64,000 bases of DNA from Chlamydiales bacterium. Lineage in GTDB: Bacteria; Chlamydiota; Chlamydiia; Chlamydiales; JACKPQ01. Under the pieces are notes generated by a model. The model saw nothing but the letters and a program-made list of their open reading frames with translations, did not search any database and had not been told where the DNA came from. Shown here piece after piece: positions 1 to 9,357 of this stretch. The stretch lies in assembly GCA_024233435.1 (NCBI GenBank), contig JACKPQ010000001.1:260829-324828 (forward strand), in the 5' to 3' direction. Made by a program: the position numbers and the translations under genes. Position 1 is the stretch's first letter. Every line of letters starts with the position of its first letter.

Positions 1-1
1 T

Positions 2-112
2 ATAGTGAAAAAATGCGATTTTCACCTTCATATTCCGATGAAAGGACAGATCGATTCTCTCAATGTTTCACAGGCAACTTCTGTTTTTTTGAGTTTTCTT
101 TGTAGACATTAA
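2..112 (+). CDS. 3' end of a SpoU/TrmH-family RNA 2'-O-methyltransferase (5' part lies upstream of the window)
   Basis: Frame-2 translation IVKKCDFHLHIPMKGQIDSLNVSQATSVFLSFLCRH* ends at TAA 110-112. IPM.G...SLNVS.A is the C-terminal knot motif of SpoU/TrmH methyltransferases. Confidence 0.55.
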   Translation: MVKKCDFHLHIPMKGQIDSLNVSQATSVFLSFLCRH

Positions 113-162
113 CTTTACACTCTTGCTACAAGTAAAAAATAGATTTACTTGAGAGGAAGGGT

Positions 163-1023
163 ATGAACAAGAAGATCCGAATAGCACTGGGTATTTGCCT
201 TTTCATTACAGTTGTTTCTCTTCCTGTTTTTTTTATTGCAACACACAATGTCGATGTGCTCGACCCCAAGGGGATTATTGCGGATCAGCAGCGGCATCTT
301 TTGATCGTTGCTTCATCGCTTATGCTAGTTGTTGTGATTCCCACATTTTTTATGCTGTTGTTTTTTGCTTGGAAGTACCGCGAGCATAAAGGATCTAAAT
401 ACTCTCCTGATTGGGACTTTAATTTTTTAGCAGAGATTTGTTGGTGGGGTGTTCCTTTTGTCATTATCGTGGTTTTGAGCATCATCACATTTCAAACAAG
501 TCACTCCTTAAATCCTTTTAAGCCTTTAGAAAGCGATAAAAAGCCCATCGAGATTCAAGTGATCGCTCTACAATGGAAATGGCTTTTTATTTATCCTGAG
601 CAAGGGATTGCAACGGTTAACTATATCGAATTTCCCAAAGATACGCCGGTCAATTTCGAAATCACTGCCGATGCTCCGATGAATTCATTTTGGATTCCTC
701 AGCTTGGTGGTCAGATTTACGCGATGCCGGCAATGCGCTCGAAGCTGCACTTGATGGCAGATGAGCTGGGTTCCTATACGGGTGTTTCAGCTAATATTAG
801 TGGGTCAGGTTTTGCTGGAATGAAATTTACGGCTAAGGCCACGACTGATCAAGAATTTCAAAACTGGGTTTCTCAAGTGCGTGGATCGTCAAAAGCCTTG
901 GGGATGATGGAGTATGAAAATCTTGTGTTGCCAACAGAATATGTCCCCGTTTCTTACTATAGATTGCAAAAATACGATCTGTTCGATGCGGTTATCATGA
1001 AATACAAAATGCCAAGCAAGTGA
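163..1023 (+). CDS. cyoA: Quinol oxidase (bo3-type) subunit II
   Basis: Two N-terminal TM helices. The cupredoxin-domain segment [58 protein letters not shown] is nearly collinear with E. coli CyoA and lacks the CuA Cys/His ligands. First gene of the cyoABCD order. Confidence 0.9.
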   Translation: MNKKIRIALGICLFITVVSLPVFFIATHNVDVLDPKGIIADQQRHLLIVASSLMLVVVIPTFFMLLFFAWKYREHKGSKYSPDWDFNFLAEICWWGVPFVIIVVLSIITFQTSHSLNPFKPLESDKKPIEIQVIALQWKWLFIYPEQGIATVNYIEFPKDTPVNFEITADAPMNSFWIPQLGGQIYAMPAMRSKLHLMADELGSYTGVSANISGSGFAGMKFTAKATTDQEFQNWVSQVRGSSKALGMMEYENLVLPTEYVPVSYYRLQKYDLFDAVIMKYKMPSK

Positions 1024-1030
1024 GATTGAG

Positions 1031-2986
1031 ATGTTAGGAAGATTAACCCTTGAAGCCTTTAAACATGACTGGATTGAATATTTAGCAGGCGTGTCGATGT
1101 TTTTAGGAGCACTCGTTGCGGTGATCCTGATCACGAAATATAAAAAATGGGGCTATCTGTGGAGAGAGTGGTTCACAACAGTTGATCATAAAAAAATTGG
1201 GATCATGTACATCGTAGCTTCTGCAATCATGCTTGCCAAGGGACTCGTTGATGGTTTGATGATGAGAGCGCAGCTAGCTTTTGCTGTCGGTGATTCAATG
1301 GGGTATTTGGGAGCTGATCATTACCAGCAGATCTTTACAGCCCATGGCGTTACTATGATTTTTTTCGTGGGAATGGGCTTGATGTTTGGAATTATTAATT
1401 TGATTGTTCCTCTGCAAATAGGCGCACGCGATGTTGCATTTCCATTTTTAAACTCTCTTAGTTTCTGGTTATTTTCTTCAGGAGCGCTCTTTATTTTGGT
1501 CTCGCTAGTTGTGGGCGTCTATGCAGGTACAGGCTGGACGGCATATCCTCCCTTATCAGGAGCTGCCTATAATCCTGGAGTTGGCGTTGATTATTGGATC
1601 TGGAGCATCCAGATATCAGGAGTTGGAAGTTTGCTCTCCGGCGTGAATTTTTTAGCGACGATTGTCAAGATGCGCACCAAGGGAATGGACATGATGAAAA
1701 TGCCTATCTTTACTTGGACAGCGCTTGCAACGGTTATTTTAGTCGTATTCGCTTTTCCTATTTTAACTGCAAACTTAGCAATGCTTACCACCGACCGCAT
1801 GCTGGACACGCATATTTTCACAGCGGGTCATGGTGGTAATCCCATGATGTATATCAATTTATTTTGGGCATGGGGTCATCCTGAGGTTTACATCCTAGTC
1901 TTGCCAGCGTTTGGTATTTTTTCTGAAGTTGTCCCTGTGTTTTCTAAGAAGAGATTATTTGGATATACAACAATGGTATGGGCAACCATTGGAATCACTG
2001 TGCTTTCGTTTTTGGTCTGGTTGCATCATTTTTTCACAATGGGCGCTGGGGCCAATGTCAATGCGTTTTTTGGGATCATGACAATGATCATTGCTGTTCC
2101 AACAGGCGTGAAAGTTTTCAACTGGCTTTTCACCATGTGCCGAGGGCGCGTTACCTTTACAACACCCATGCTTTGGTTTATGGGTTTTATCTTTATTTTC
2201 GTGACAGGCGGCATGACAGGAGTATTGCTTTCAATTCCTGCATTCGACTTCCAAGCGCACAATAGCCTGTTTTTGATCGCCCACTTCCATTCGACAATTA
2301 TCGGGGGTGTGGTCTTTGGTTTCTTTGCTGGCTATACCTACTGGTTTCCAAAATTTACCGGATTTAAGCTCAACGAAAAGTTGGGGAAATATGCCTTTTG
2401 GTGTTGGTTTATCGGGTTTATTGTGGCATTCATGCCGCTGTATTTACTCGGGCTTATGGGAGCTACAAGGCGGCTTAATCATTACACCGAGACAAGCTGG
2501 CAGCCAATCTTTGTCTTTGCGGCCATTGGCGCGCTTATTATCGCAGCAGGCGTAGGATTTCAAGGGCTTCAGCTCTACCGGAGTATCAAAGATCGCAAGA
2601 ATAATCGCGATACAACAGGAGACCCATGGGATGGGCGCACTTTAGAGTGGTCGACAACCTCGCCGCCACCCTTTTACAATTTTGCCCACCTTCCAGAGGT
2701 GCAAACCCGAGATGCTTGGTGGTCGATGAAGCACTCTAAAAAACAAATATCGGGTGGGCCTTATCACGATATCCATATGCCGAAAAACACCTCGGCAGGA
2801 TTCTACATTGGGGCTTTGAGTTTTGTCTTTGGCTTTGCAATGGTTTGGCACATGTTTTGGCTAGTTTGGCTCTCTTTAGCTGGCATGATAGCCTGCGTGA
2901 TTAAACGTCTCTATGAAAAAGACACAGACTATTATGTGCCCGCCGATGAGGTGAAAAAAATTGAATCTAGGAAACAAACAGCATGA
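1031..2986 (+). CDS. cyoB: Heme-copper quinol oxidase subunit I
   Basis: 651 aa polytopic protein with [18 protein letters not shown] and [11 protein letters not shown] heme/CuB ligand motifs. Confidence 0.95.
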   Translation: MLGRLTLEAFKHDWIEYLAGVSMFLGALVAVILITKYKKWGYLWREWFTTVDHKKIGIMYIVASAIMLAKGLVDGLMMRAQLAFAVGDSMGYLGADHYQQIFTAHGVTMIFFVGMGLMFGIINLIVPLQIGARDVAFPFLNSLSFWLFSSGALFILVSLVVGVYAGTGWTAYPPLSGAAYNPGVGVDYWIWSIQISGVGSLLSGVNFLATIVKMRTKGMDMMKMPIFTWTALATVILVVFAFPILTANLAMLTTDRMLDTHIFTAGHGGNPMMYINLFWAWGHPEVYILVLPAFGIFSEVVPVFSKKRLFGYTTMVWATIGITVLSFLVWLHHFFTMGAGANVNAFFGIMTMIIAVPTGVKVFNWLFTMCRGRVTFTTPMLWFMGFIFIFVTGGMTGVLLSIPAFDFQAHNSLFLIAHFHSTIIGGVVFGFFAGYTYWFPKFTGFKLNEKLGKYAFWCWFIGFIVAFMPLYLLGLMGATRRLNHYTETSWQPIFVFAAIGALIIAAGVGFQGLQLYRSIKDRKNNRDTTGDPWDGRTLEWSTTSPPPFYNFAHLPEVQTRDAWWSMKHSKKQISGGPYHDIHMPKNTSAGFYIGALSFVFGFAMVWHMFWLVWLSLAGMIACVIKRLYEKDTDYYVPADEVKKIESRKQTA

Positions 2987-3558
2987 CACACGAGCATCAT
3001 GATCCTTATGAGAAAACCATTTTTGGATTTTGGGTATATCTGCTGACAGATTTTATCATGTTCGCAACACTATTTGCTGTCTACGCGGTTTTACGCGACA
3101 GCACATTTGGCGGCCCAGGAGCAAAAGATCTGTTTAATCTACCTCTTGTTTTAGTTCAAACGCTACTCCTGTTGGGGTGTAGTTTGACAAGTGGAGTTGC
3201 AAGTGTTTATGCTCACCGGGGTAACAAAAATGGCACTTTGCTCTACTTTGCTATCACCTTTGCGTTAGGCTTTATTTTTCTATGGATGGGACTTGCTGAT
3301 TTTCATCGCTTGATTGCAATGGATGCAAGTTGGAAAGTCAGTGGCTTTCTCTCCGGATATTTCTCGCTAGTTGGAACGCACACAGTCCATATTCTAATTG
3401 GACTTGCCTGGATTGTTGTTCTGCTGCTACCCGTCATCAAACAAGGGCTAAATGATGTACACATTAAGCGGATTACATGCCTTCGGATGTTTTGGCAATT
3501 TATGAACATCATTTGGATCTTTATTTATACGATTGTCTACTTAGTGGGGGTGAACTGA
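2983..3558 (+). CDS. cyoC: Quinol oxidase subunit III
   Basis: 191 aa, 5 TM. ATGA overlap with cyoB. Size, position and hydrophobic profile fit CyoC. Confidence 0.85.
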   Translation: MTHEHHDPYEKTIFGFWVYLLTDFIMFATLFAVYAVLRDSTFGGPGAKDLFNLPLVLVQTLLLLGCSLTSGVASVYAHRGNKNGTLLYFAITFALGFIFLWMGLADFHRLIAMDASWKVSGFLSGYFSLVGTHTVHILIGLAWIVVLLLPVIKQGLNDVHIKRITCLRMFWQFMNIIWIFIYTIVYLVGVN

Positions 3559-3559
3559 T

Positions 3560-3877
3560 ATGGACCAGAAAAATAATGTGTGGAACACAAGCTTTAAGCC
3601 GCTTTTTATAGGGTTTGGATTATCACTGGTTTTAGTTTTATTCGTTTATGGTGTCGTCGTTTACGATTTCTTGGAAACGAGTTTAGAATTTCCCGCAATC
3701 ATCTTTTTAGGGGCTTTGCAAGCAGTCCTACAACTGATCTATTTCTTCCATGTTGGGCTTGAATCAAACTCCAAATGGAACCTTCTGATGCTGCTATTTA
3801 TGATCTTTGTCGTATTCATCATCGTAGGAGGATCCATCTGGATCATGTACAACTTAAACTACGACCTTATGATCTAA
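3560..3877 (+). CDS. cyoD: Quinol oxidase subunit IV
   Basis: 105 aa, 3 TM, starting 1 nt after the cyoC stop. Called from operon position. Confidence 0.7.
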   Translation: MDQKNNVWNTSFKPLFIGFGLSLVLVLFVYGVVVYDFLETSLEFPAIIFLGALQAVLQLIYFFHVGLESNSKWNLLMLLFMIFVVFIIVGGSIWIMYNLNYDLMI

Positions 3878-3902
3878 CCGAACTCCATGAAATGAAGTTC
3901 GG
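3878..3902. terminator. Hairpin between convergent cyoD and the Cys-rich lipoprotein gene
   Basis: ccgaact (3878-3884) pairs with agttcgg (3896-3902), with an 11-nt loop. It starts directly after the cyoD TAA. No clear U-tract on either strand. Confidence 0.3.
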
Positions 3903-3918
3903 ATCAAAACTCTGGCCT

Positions 3919-4152
3919 TTAGTCTTTTGGTGCTGGACAGGTCTGTTTCGGCTCTGAGCATGTCTTTTTTGGTGCTGGACATGTAGGCGTCTCATTCTTC
4001 TTGCAGGCACAGCCTTTGCTGCAGCCGCATACTTCTTTGCATACGCACTCTATCTTATTGCAGTCTTCTTTAACTTCTTTTTCAACTTTAGCACACCCAA
4101 ACAAACAGGTGCACAATGCTATGAAAGCAATTTTTTTCTTGCATTGAATCAT
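3919..4152 (-). CDS. Small cysteine-rich lipoprotein (metallothionein-like / OmcA-like)
   Basis: ATG at 4152 with GGAGGA 6 nt upstream. Signal peptide MIQCKKKIAFIALCTCLFG followed by a lipobox Cys. The mature 58 aa carry 11 Cys in the pattern C-x4-CxC-x3-CxC-x3-CxC, followed by three TC(P/S)(A/E)PK repeats. Confidence 0.6.
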   Translation of the reverse strand: MIQCKKKIAFIALCTCLFGCAKVEKEVKEDCNKIECVCKEVCGCSKGCACKKNETPTCPAPKKTCSEPKQTCPAPKD

Positions 4153-4174
4153 AATGTTCCTCCATCTTGAACAT

Positions 4175-5047
4175 ATGGAAAAAGCAATAAATATACAACT
4201 GTTTCGCACATATTTTCAACTCGCAAAACCGGGGATTGTCTTTGGAAATGCAATGACAGCTGCCGGAGGTTTCTTTCTAGCAGCCCGGGGCAGCATTGAT
4301 GTGGTGACTCTGTTTGGAGCATTGATCGGACTTTGCTTTATTATGGGTTCTGGTTGTGTCTTTAACAATTACTTTGATCGAGCCCTTGATAAGCAGATGA
4401 AGCGCACTCAAATGCGCGCGCTTGTCAAAGGACTTGTAACGGTAAAGCAGAGTATTATCTACGCTCTTATCCTGCTTGCACTAGGCATCCTTTTTCTTGT
4501 GAGTTTTACCAATCCGCTAGCCCTAGGCATTGCCTTAGTTGGCTTTGTGATGTATGTGGTTGTCTATACTTATCTCAAGTATCGTACAAGGCACGCAACT
4601 TTAATAGGAAGCATTGCAGGAGCTGTCCCGCCCTTAGTTGGTTATTGCGCAGTCAAAGGCTCACTAGATCAGGCAGGGCTTCTTATTTTTACCATCATGG
4701 TGCTGTGGCAGATGCCTCATTTTTTTGCGATCTCTATCTACCGGCTAAAAGAATATACAAAAGCTAAGATTCCGTTGCTGCCCGTTGTCAAGGGAGTTAA
4801 AGCTACGAAAATCCAAATGGTGATCTACGCGGTTGCATTTTGTATCGCCATGGCGATGTTATCCGTATTGGGATATACAAATAGGCTCTATCTGATTGGA
4901 ACTTCATTTGTTGCCCTCTATTGGCTTTTTCTTTGTGTGCAAGGCTTTAAATGCGCAAATGATGTCAAGTGGGCTCGCAAAGTCTTTGGCTACTCGCTAG
5001 TTGTCGTTATGACATTTAGTTTAATGATCCCTTTTTGTTTAAGTTAA
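4175..5047 (+). CDS. cyoE: Protoheme IX farnesyltransferase (heme O synthase)
   Basis: UbiA-family polytopic protein with NNYFDRALDKQMKRTQMRAL (the Asp-rich prenyltransferase motif). The ORF opens at 4154. I prefer ATG 4175 but the start is uncertain. Confidence 0.9.
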   Translation: MEKAINIQLFRTYFQLAKPGIVFGNAMTAAGGFFLAARGSIDVVTLFGALIGLCFIMGSGCVFNNYFDRALDKQMKRTQMRALVKGLVTVKQSIIYALILLALGILFLVSFTNPLALGIALVGFVMYVVVYTYLKYRTRHATLIGSIAGAVPPLVGYCAVKGSLDQAGLLIFTIMVLWQMPHFFAISIYRLKEYTKAKIPLLPVVKGVKATKIQMVIYAVAFCIAMAMLSVLGYTNRLYLIGTSFVALYWLFLCVQGFKCANDVKWARKVFGYSLVVVMTFSLMIPFCLS

Positions 5048-5061
5048 TTCCAGGAGGCTGC

Positions 5062-5568
5062 ATGAGCGAAGTAAAATTCAAAGGTAAACCGACAAGGATT
5101 GTCGAGGGTTTTCCAAACATTGGAGATCAAGCCAAAGACTTTGAGCTTTTAAGGCCCGATTTAAGCACTGCTGGACTTAAAGATTTTGATGGCAAGATCA
5201 AACTGCTCAATATTTTTGTGAGTTTGGATACACCGGTCTGTGCAAAATCAATAACAGCCTTTGACACTGCCTCCAAAGCTTTTATGGATCTCATTGTACT
5301 GAACATTAGTATGGATTTGCCGTTTGCAGCTTCCCGCTTTTGCATATCATCACAGATGGAGCAAGCCGTTACGTTATCTACATTTCGTAGCGCGTTTCCT
5401 GATGACTATGGAGTGAGAATCGCTGATGGTCCGCTAAAAGGGCTCTGTGCTCGAGCGATCATCCTTTTAGGAAAGGATAACCGTGTGATCTACACCGAGC
5501 TTGTCGAAGAGATCACACAAGAGCCAAACTACGGCGCTGTTTTAGACGCAATCAAGCAGGTGGTCTAA
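5062..5568 (+). CDS. tpx: Thiol peroxidase (atypical 2-Cys peroxiredoxin)
   Basis: SLDTPVCAKS peroxidatic-Cys motif and Tpx-like length. AGGAGG precedes ATG 5062. Confidence 0.9.
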   Translation: MSEVKFKGKPTRIVEGFPNIGDQAKDFELLRPDLSTAGLKDFDGKIKLLNIFVSLDTPVCAKSITAFDTASKAFMDLIVLNISMDLPFAASRFCISSQMEQAVTLSTFRSAFPDDYGVRIADGPLKGLCARAIILLGKDNRVIYTELVEEITQEPNYGAVLDAIKQVV

Positions 5569-6884
5569 CCGCGGCCGCGTTTTTGAGGGCCGCGCCTCTT
5601 TTGGAAGCTTGACTTAGGGGCAAAAGATCGCTTGTTACCACCACCACCGCCACCTTTACGAGGGCCTTGTGGTTTGTTGTTAGACGGGCGACGCGGGCCT
5701 TTATTGCTGCGTGGGCCTTGTGAGTCTGATGCCTGCTTAGGCTTTTTACGTGGCTCAAGTCCTGGTACTTCCACAACGCTAATTGATTGACCCGTAAATT
5801 TTTCAATCTGTCTGATCAAGCTAGCATCACGTCCGCCTGCAAAGGAAAGGGCTATGCCTTTTGATCCAGCTCTGCCTGTTCGACCAATGCGATGAACATA
5901 ATCTTCGATGTGGTAGGGAAGGTCAAAGTTAATCACGTGGGTGATTGATTGCACGTCAATACCTCTTGCTGCAACATCGGTTGCGACAAGGGTCGTGATT
6001 TTTCCAGCCTTTAGCTGAGCAATTGTCCTTGTACGCTGACGCTGGTTCATGTCACCGTGAAGGGCAGCTGATAGGTGGCCTTTGTCTTTTAGCTCGCTGA
6101 CTAAGTGGTCAGCATGGCGTTTGGTTGATGTAAAAATGATGGTGTTTTCAACTTCGTCAGTGTTAAGGATGTGGTCCAATAACTTGTTTTTATGGTTGAT
6201 GTCATCAACGTAGTGAAGCCTTTGCTGGATGTTTTCATGCTTTGCATGTTTGGCATGGATGGCAATTTCAATGGGGTTATCCATCAGCTCTTCTGAGAGC
6301 TTAATGATCTTTTTTTCTAGCGTGGCTGAAAAGAGTAAAACTTGTCTCCCTTTAGGCGTAGCGTTGACAATCTGCTTAACAGGCTGAATAAAGCCCATAT
6401 CAAGCATGCGGTCTGCTTCATCAAGAACGACCATTTCAACAGACGATAGATCGATCTTTTTACGGGTTAGGTAGTCGATGAGTCTGCCAGGTGTGGCAAT
6501 GAGAATCTCGTAGGGGCGAGAGAGTTTGCTCAGTTGTTTGTGGTAGGGGACGCCTCCGCTCACGCAGACAGTTTTAACGCGATTCAAATATTTGCTATAT
6601 ATTTCTGCTTGAGTAGCAATCTGCATTGCAAGTTCACGTGTAGGAGCAAGGACTAAGACGGTGGGTCCCTTGCCTTTTCGGTGCTCAGTTTTAGCCAAGC
6701 GGTTCATAGCAGGCAATAGAAAGGCGGCGGTTTTACCGGTACCTGTTTGGGCTGAGGCTCTTATGCTGTGGCCTGCCAGAATTTTAGGGATAGCTTCTTT
6801 TTGAATTTCTGTGGGCTCAGTGTAGCCAGCTTCAGAAATCGATTGCAGAACCTTTGGGTCTAAGTCTAAATTATCAAAAAACAT
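5565..6884 (-). CDS. DEAD-box ATP-dependent RNA helicase with an Arg/Gly-rich C-terminal tail
   Basis: Motifs AQTGTGKTAAF, PTRELA, VLDEADRML, SAT and HRIGRTGRAG. The tail reads ...GPRKGGGGGGNKRSF...KRRGPQKRGRG. Confidence 0.9.
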   Translation of the reverse strand: MFFDNLDLDPKVLQSISEAGYTEPTEIQKEAIPKILAGHSIRASAQTGTGKTAAFLLPAMNRLAKTEHRKGKGPTVLVLAPTRELAMQIATQAEIYSKYLNRVKTVCVSGGVPYHKQLSKLSRPYEILIATPGRLIDYLTRKKIDLSSVEMVVLDEADRMLDMGFIQPVKQIVNATPKGRQVLLFSATLEKKIIKLSEELMDNPIEIAIHAKHAKHENIQQRLHYVDDINHKNKLLDHILNTDEVENTIIFTSTKRHADHLVSELKDKGHLSAALHGDMNQRQRTRTIAQLKAGKITTLVATDVAARGIDVQSITHVINFDLPYHIEDYVHRIGRTGRAGSKGIALSFAGGRDASLIRQIEKFTGQSISVVEVPGLEPRKKPKQASDSQGPRSNKGPRRPSNNKPQGPRKGGGGGGNKRSFAPKSSFQKRRGPQKRGRG

Positions 6885-6971
6885 TCAAAACTTCATTGTT
6901 GTATTGTTAGTGCTCTCTATCGTATCACAGCTTGGCTATTAAATGATAGACATGGATGAGGATTAACGAGT

Positions 6972-7433
6972 CTAGCAGTTGGAAATATGTCTAGCTGTTG
7001 AAGTGTTAGGCTGATCAAACTCATTAAGGATTAGAGTGTTATCATGACGTTCGATAGAGGGATCAATGTTAATAGAGGGATCAATGTTAACAGAAGAATC
7101 GCTATTGCTTGGGATAGGAGAGTTTGCAAAATGAAGAAACTGAGCTCCTAAGAGGTTTATAGCATGAGTTTGCTCTATTGAGGCCAGCTTATCATGCATT
7201 AGCACGACGGCAATGACCTCTTGATCAGAGAGACTGAGCTGTTCAGAGCGAGTCTGGCGATGGTGGCTAGTAATATTTACAGCAAAACAGAGGACCATGT
7301 TTGTGGTTCTGTCCTGTACCGAAAATCCCTCTACTGCTTGGCTTGGAGTTTCTAGATCTCTAAGAAGTGCCTGAGCAAGTGTAATCGGATTTTCAGGAGC
7401 AAGGGGTTGATTAACTTGTAAGTATCTTGGCAT
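6972..7433 (-). CDS. Hypothetical protein, 153 aa, acidic
   Basis: ORF only. ATG start 6 nt after the stop of the upstream ORF. Contains the tandem peptide SVNIDPSINIDPSI. No recognised motif. Confidence 0.5.
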   Translation of the reverse strand: MPRYLQVNQPLAPENPITLAQALLRDLETPSQAVEGFSVQDRTTNMVLCFAVNITSHHRQTRSEQLSLSDQEVIAVVLMHDKLASIEQTHAINLLGAQFLHFANSPIPSNSDSSVNIDPSINIDPSIERHDNTLILNEFDQPNTSTARHISNC

Positions 7434-7439
7434 AAAACT

Positions 7440-7832
7440 TTAGCGTGCAATTGTTTGTTGTGAATCATTAGTTGTAGATGGTGCATATTCAAGTTGTCGA
7501 CAAGCGGCCTCAAAATCACATAGATGTTTAGGAAACTTATCTTGGAGTGCCCGAGCAACGATCTTAATGGATTCGCAATCCTCAACACTAAGCTTTGGTT
7601 GTTGTGAGCTAGGCTTTGGTTGTTGTGGGCTAGATGGTATTATTCTTTCTGAATAAAAGTCCTTGCGGCCCTTTCTTGTAGCTATGAAAGTGATGAAACT
7701 AGTGGCGTATAAGCTTACAGTCTTATCTGTGGCTTGCGTCCTAATAGCTTTCTCCAAGTAATTTGCAAAAGCTAGGGGGCCAGCTCTTTCAGCTAGAAAG
7801 CGAGTGCTTAATCGATCAATATTAGCTGCCAT
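7440..7832 (-). CDS. Hypothetical protein, 130 aa
   Basis: ORF only. Contains the tandem peptide SSPQQPKP/SSQQPKL. Preceded by a sigma70-like promoter. Confidence 0.5.
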   Translation of the reverse strand: MAANIDRLSTRFLAERAGPLAFANYLEKAIRTQATDKTVSLYATSFITFIATRKGRKDFYSERIIPSSPQQPKPSSQQPKLSVEDCESIKIVARALQDKFPKHLCDFEAACRQLEYAPSTTNDSQQTIAR

Positions 7833-7861
7833 ATCAATTATTTATTTAGTTTAATAAGTTC

Positions 7862-7890
7862 ATTATGAACAAATGGAAATTAAAAGTCAA
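7862..7890 (-). promoter_or_regulatory. Candidate sigma70 promoter for the 130-aa/153-aa ORF pair
   Basis: Minus strand reads TTGACT (7890-7885), a 17-nt spacer, then CATAAT (7867-7862). It abuts the stop codon of the upstream carboxypeptidase gene. Confidence 0.4.
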
Positions 7891-9357
7891 TCATTTGTAT
7901 TTGTTAGTAAGGTACTGGCGGTAGGGTTGTGAAGATAGTGGTGATCCAGTGACGATCTGACAAAGTTCAGGGGCGCTGTAGAGGCGGCCGTGGCTGTGAA
8001 TTTGCTCTTTAAGCCAGGCGGTGATGAAGCGCAGATCGCCTGAGGCGATGCGGCTGGTGTAGTCAGGGTAGGTTTTCGTGAAGGTGGCAAAAAATTGCGC
8101 TGCGTAGAGATTCCCTAGAGAATAGGTGGGGAAGTAGCCGACATTGCCGCATGCCCAGTGCATGTCTTGCAAACATCCCAGGGCGTCATTTGGGGGCGTG
8201 ATCCCAAGATAGTCTTGCATTTTAGCATTCCAGGCGTCGGGGAGGTCTTTCGGATCAAGGGTATTGGTGAGCAGCTCTTTTTCAAGCTCATAGCGCAGGA
8301 TGACGTGGAGTGTGTATGTAATCTCGTCAGCATGGACGCGGATTAGCGAGGGGTGCACGCGGTTGATGGTTTGGTAGAAGTTATCGAGGGAAAAGTTTTG
8401 CAGTTGGTTGAAAGTCTTTTGAAGTTTAGGGTAGGCATATTCCCAAAATGGGCGGCTTTGTCCAATGATGACTTCCCAAAAACGGGATTGTGATTCATGA
8501 ATGCCTAAGGAAATGGAGTCGCAAAGGGGAGTTCCTGCAAACTTTATTGGCAGGCCTCGCTCATAAAGACAATGGCCGCCCTCGTGCATGACAGCTGAGA
8601 TGTTTGGAATAGGTGTGTCTGTTGTAACATGGGTTGTCATCCGCACATCTGTTGGATCAAGGGTTGTGCAAAAAGGATGAGCTGACATGTCCAGGCGCGT
8701 GTGATGAGGCTCGAGTCCCATTTCTTGGATGAGATCAGCAACATAGCTCATTTGAGCCTCGATGGGATAGGGGCCTGGTGGGAGTGATGTGGGATTGGAT
8801 GTGCTGCTGCTTGTCAGTTCGATAAGAAAGGGTTTTAGCTCATTAAAAAGTGTGTCAATTTGCTCTGCAGTAGCATTTGGCTCATATTCATCTAAAAGAG
8901 CGTCGTAAGGGTGCTCCTTATAACCGAAATGCTCGGCCCTTTCTTGAGAGAGCTCAAAAATGGTTTTTAGGTGAGGACAAAAGGCTTTAAAGTTGTTGTT
9001 TTCACGCGCAATTTGCCAGGCGTGGACTGCTTCAGCACAGGTGGCTGTCCACTTCTCTACAAATCGTTTGGGAAGTTTGGTCGCTTTGTCAAAATCGCGC
9101 TTCCACAAGTTGGCAGCAGCACTTTCTTCTTTGCTTAGATCTTTACAAGCGAGTAGTTCACTTAGAGCCTGCTCAAATTGAGGAGAGATGCTTTCTTGAT
9201 GTCGAAGGCCTGCAATGTATTCTTTTTGGGCAGATCGCGCTTTGATCCCAGCTTGAGGCATATGGGTTTCTTGATCCCACCCAAGTAGAGCGCTGACCTG
9301 ATTTAGGATGTAGGCTGGGCGATAGGCTGCTTTTGTTTTCTCAAAGAGCTTGTGCAT
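7891..9357 (-). CDS. Carboxypeptidase Taq-type metallopeptidase (MEROPS M32)
   Basis: HEGGHCLYE zinc motif, HPF, DVRMTT and HESQSRFWE motifs typical of M32. 488 aa. Confidence 0.9.
   Translation of the reverse strand: MHKLFEKTKAAYRPAYILNQVSALLGWDQETHMPQAGIKARSAQKEYIAGLRHQESISPQFEQALSELLACKDLSKEESAAANLWKRDFDKATKLPKRFVEKWTATCAEAVHAWQIARENNNFKAFCPHLKTIFELSQERAEHFGYKEHPYDALLDEYEPNATAEQIDTLFNELKPFLIELTSSSTSNPTSLPPGPYPIEAQMSYVADLIQEMGLEPHHTRLDMSAHPFCTTLDPTDVRMTTHVTTDTPIPNISAVMHEGGHCLYERGLPIKFAGTPLCDSISLGIHESQSRFWEVIIGQSRPFWEYAYPKLQKTFNQLQNFSLDNFYQTINRVHPSLIRVHADEITYTLHVILRYELEKELLTNTLDPKDLPDAWNAKMQDYLGITPPNDALGCLQDMHWACGNVGYFPTYSLGNLYAAQFFATFTKTYPDYTSRIASGDLRFITAWLKEQIHSHGRLYSAPELCQIVTGSPLSSQPYRQYLTNKYK

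Noticed and set aside
113-162. A possible promoter upstream of cyoA (TTGCTA ... TACTTG).
   Set aside because: Both hexamers match the consensus poorly. It is not reportable without TSS data.
3775-3957. A 60-aa plus-strand ORF spanning the cyoD end and the spacer.
   Set aside because: It is an alternative frame of cyoD, then antisense to the better-supported lipoprotein ORF. It has no SD.
5552-5806. An 84-aa minus-strand ORF overlapping the helicase tail.
   Set aside because: It is an alternative frame of the repetitive GC-rich Arg/Gly tail region. The helicase frame is continuous with the catalytic core.
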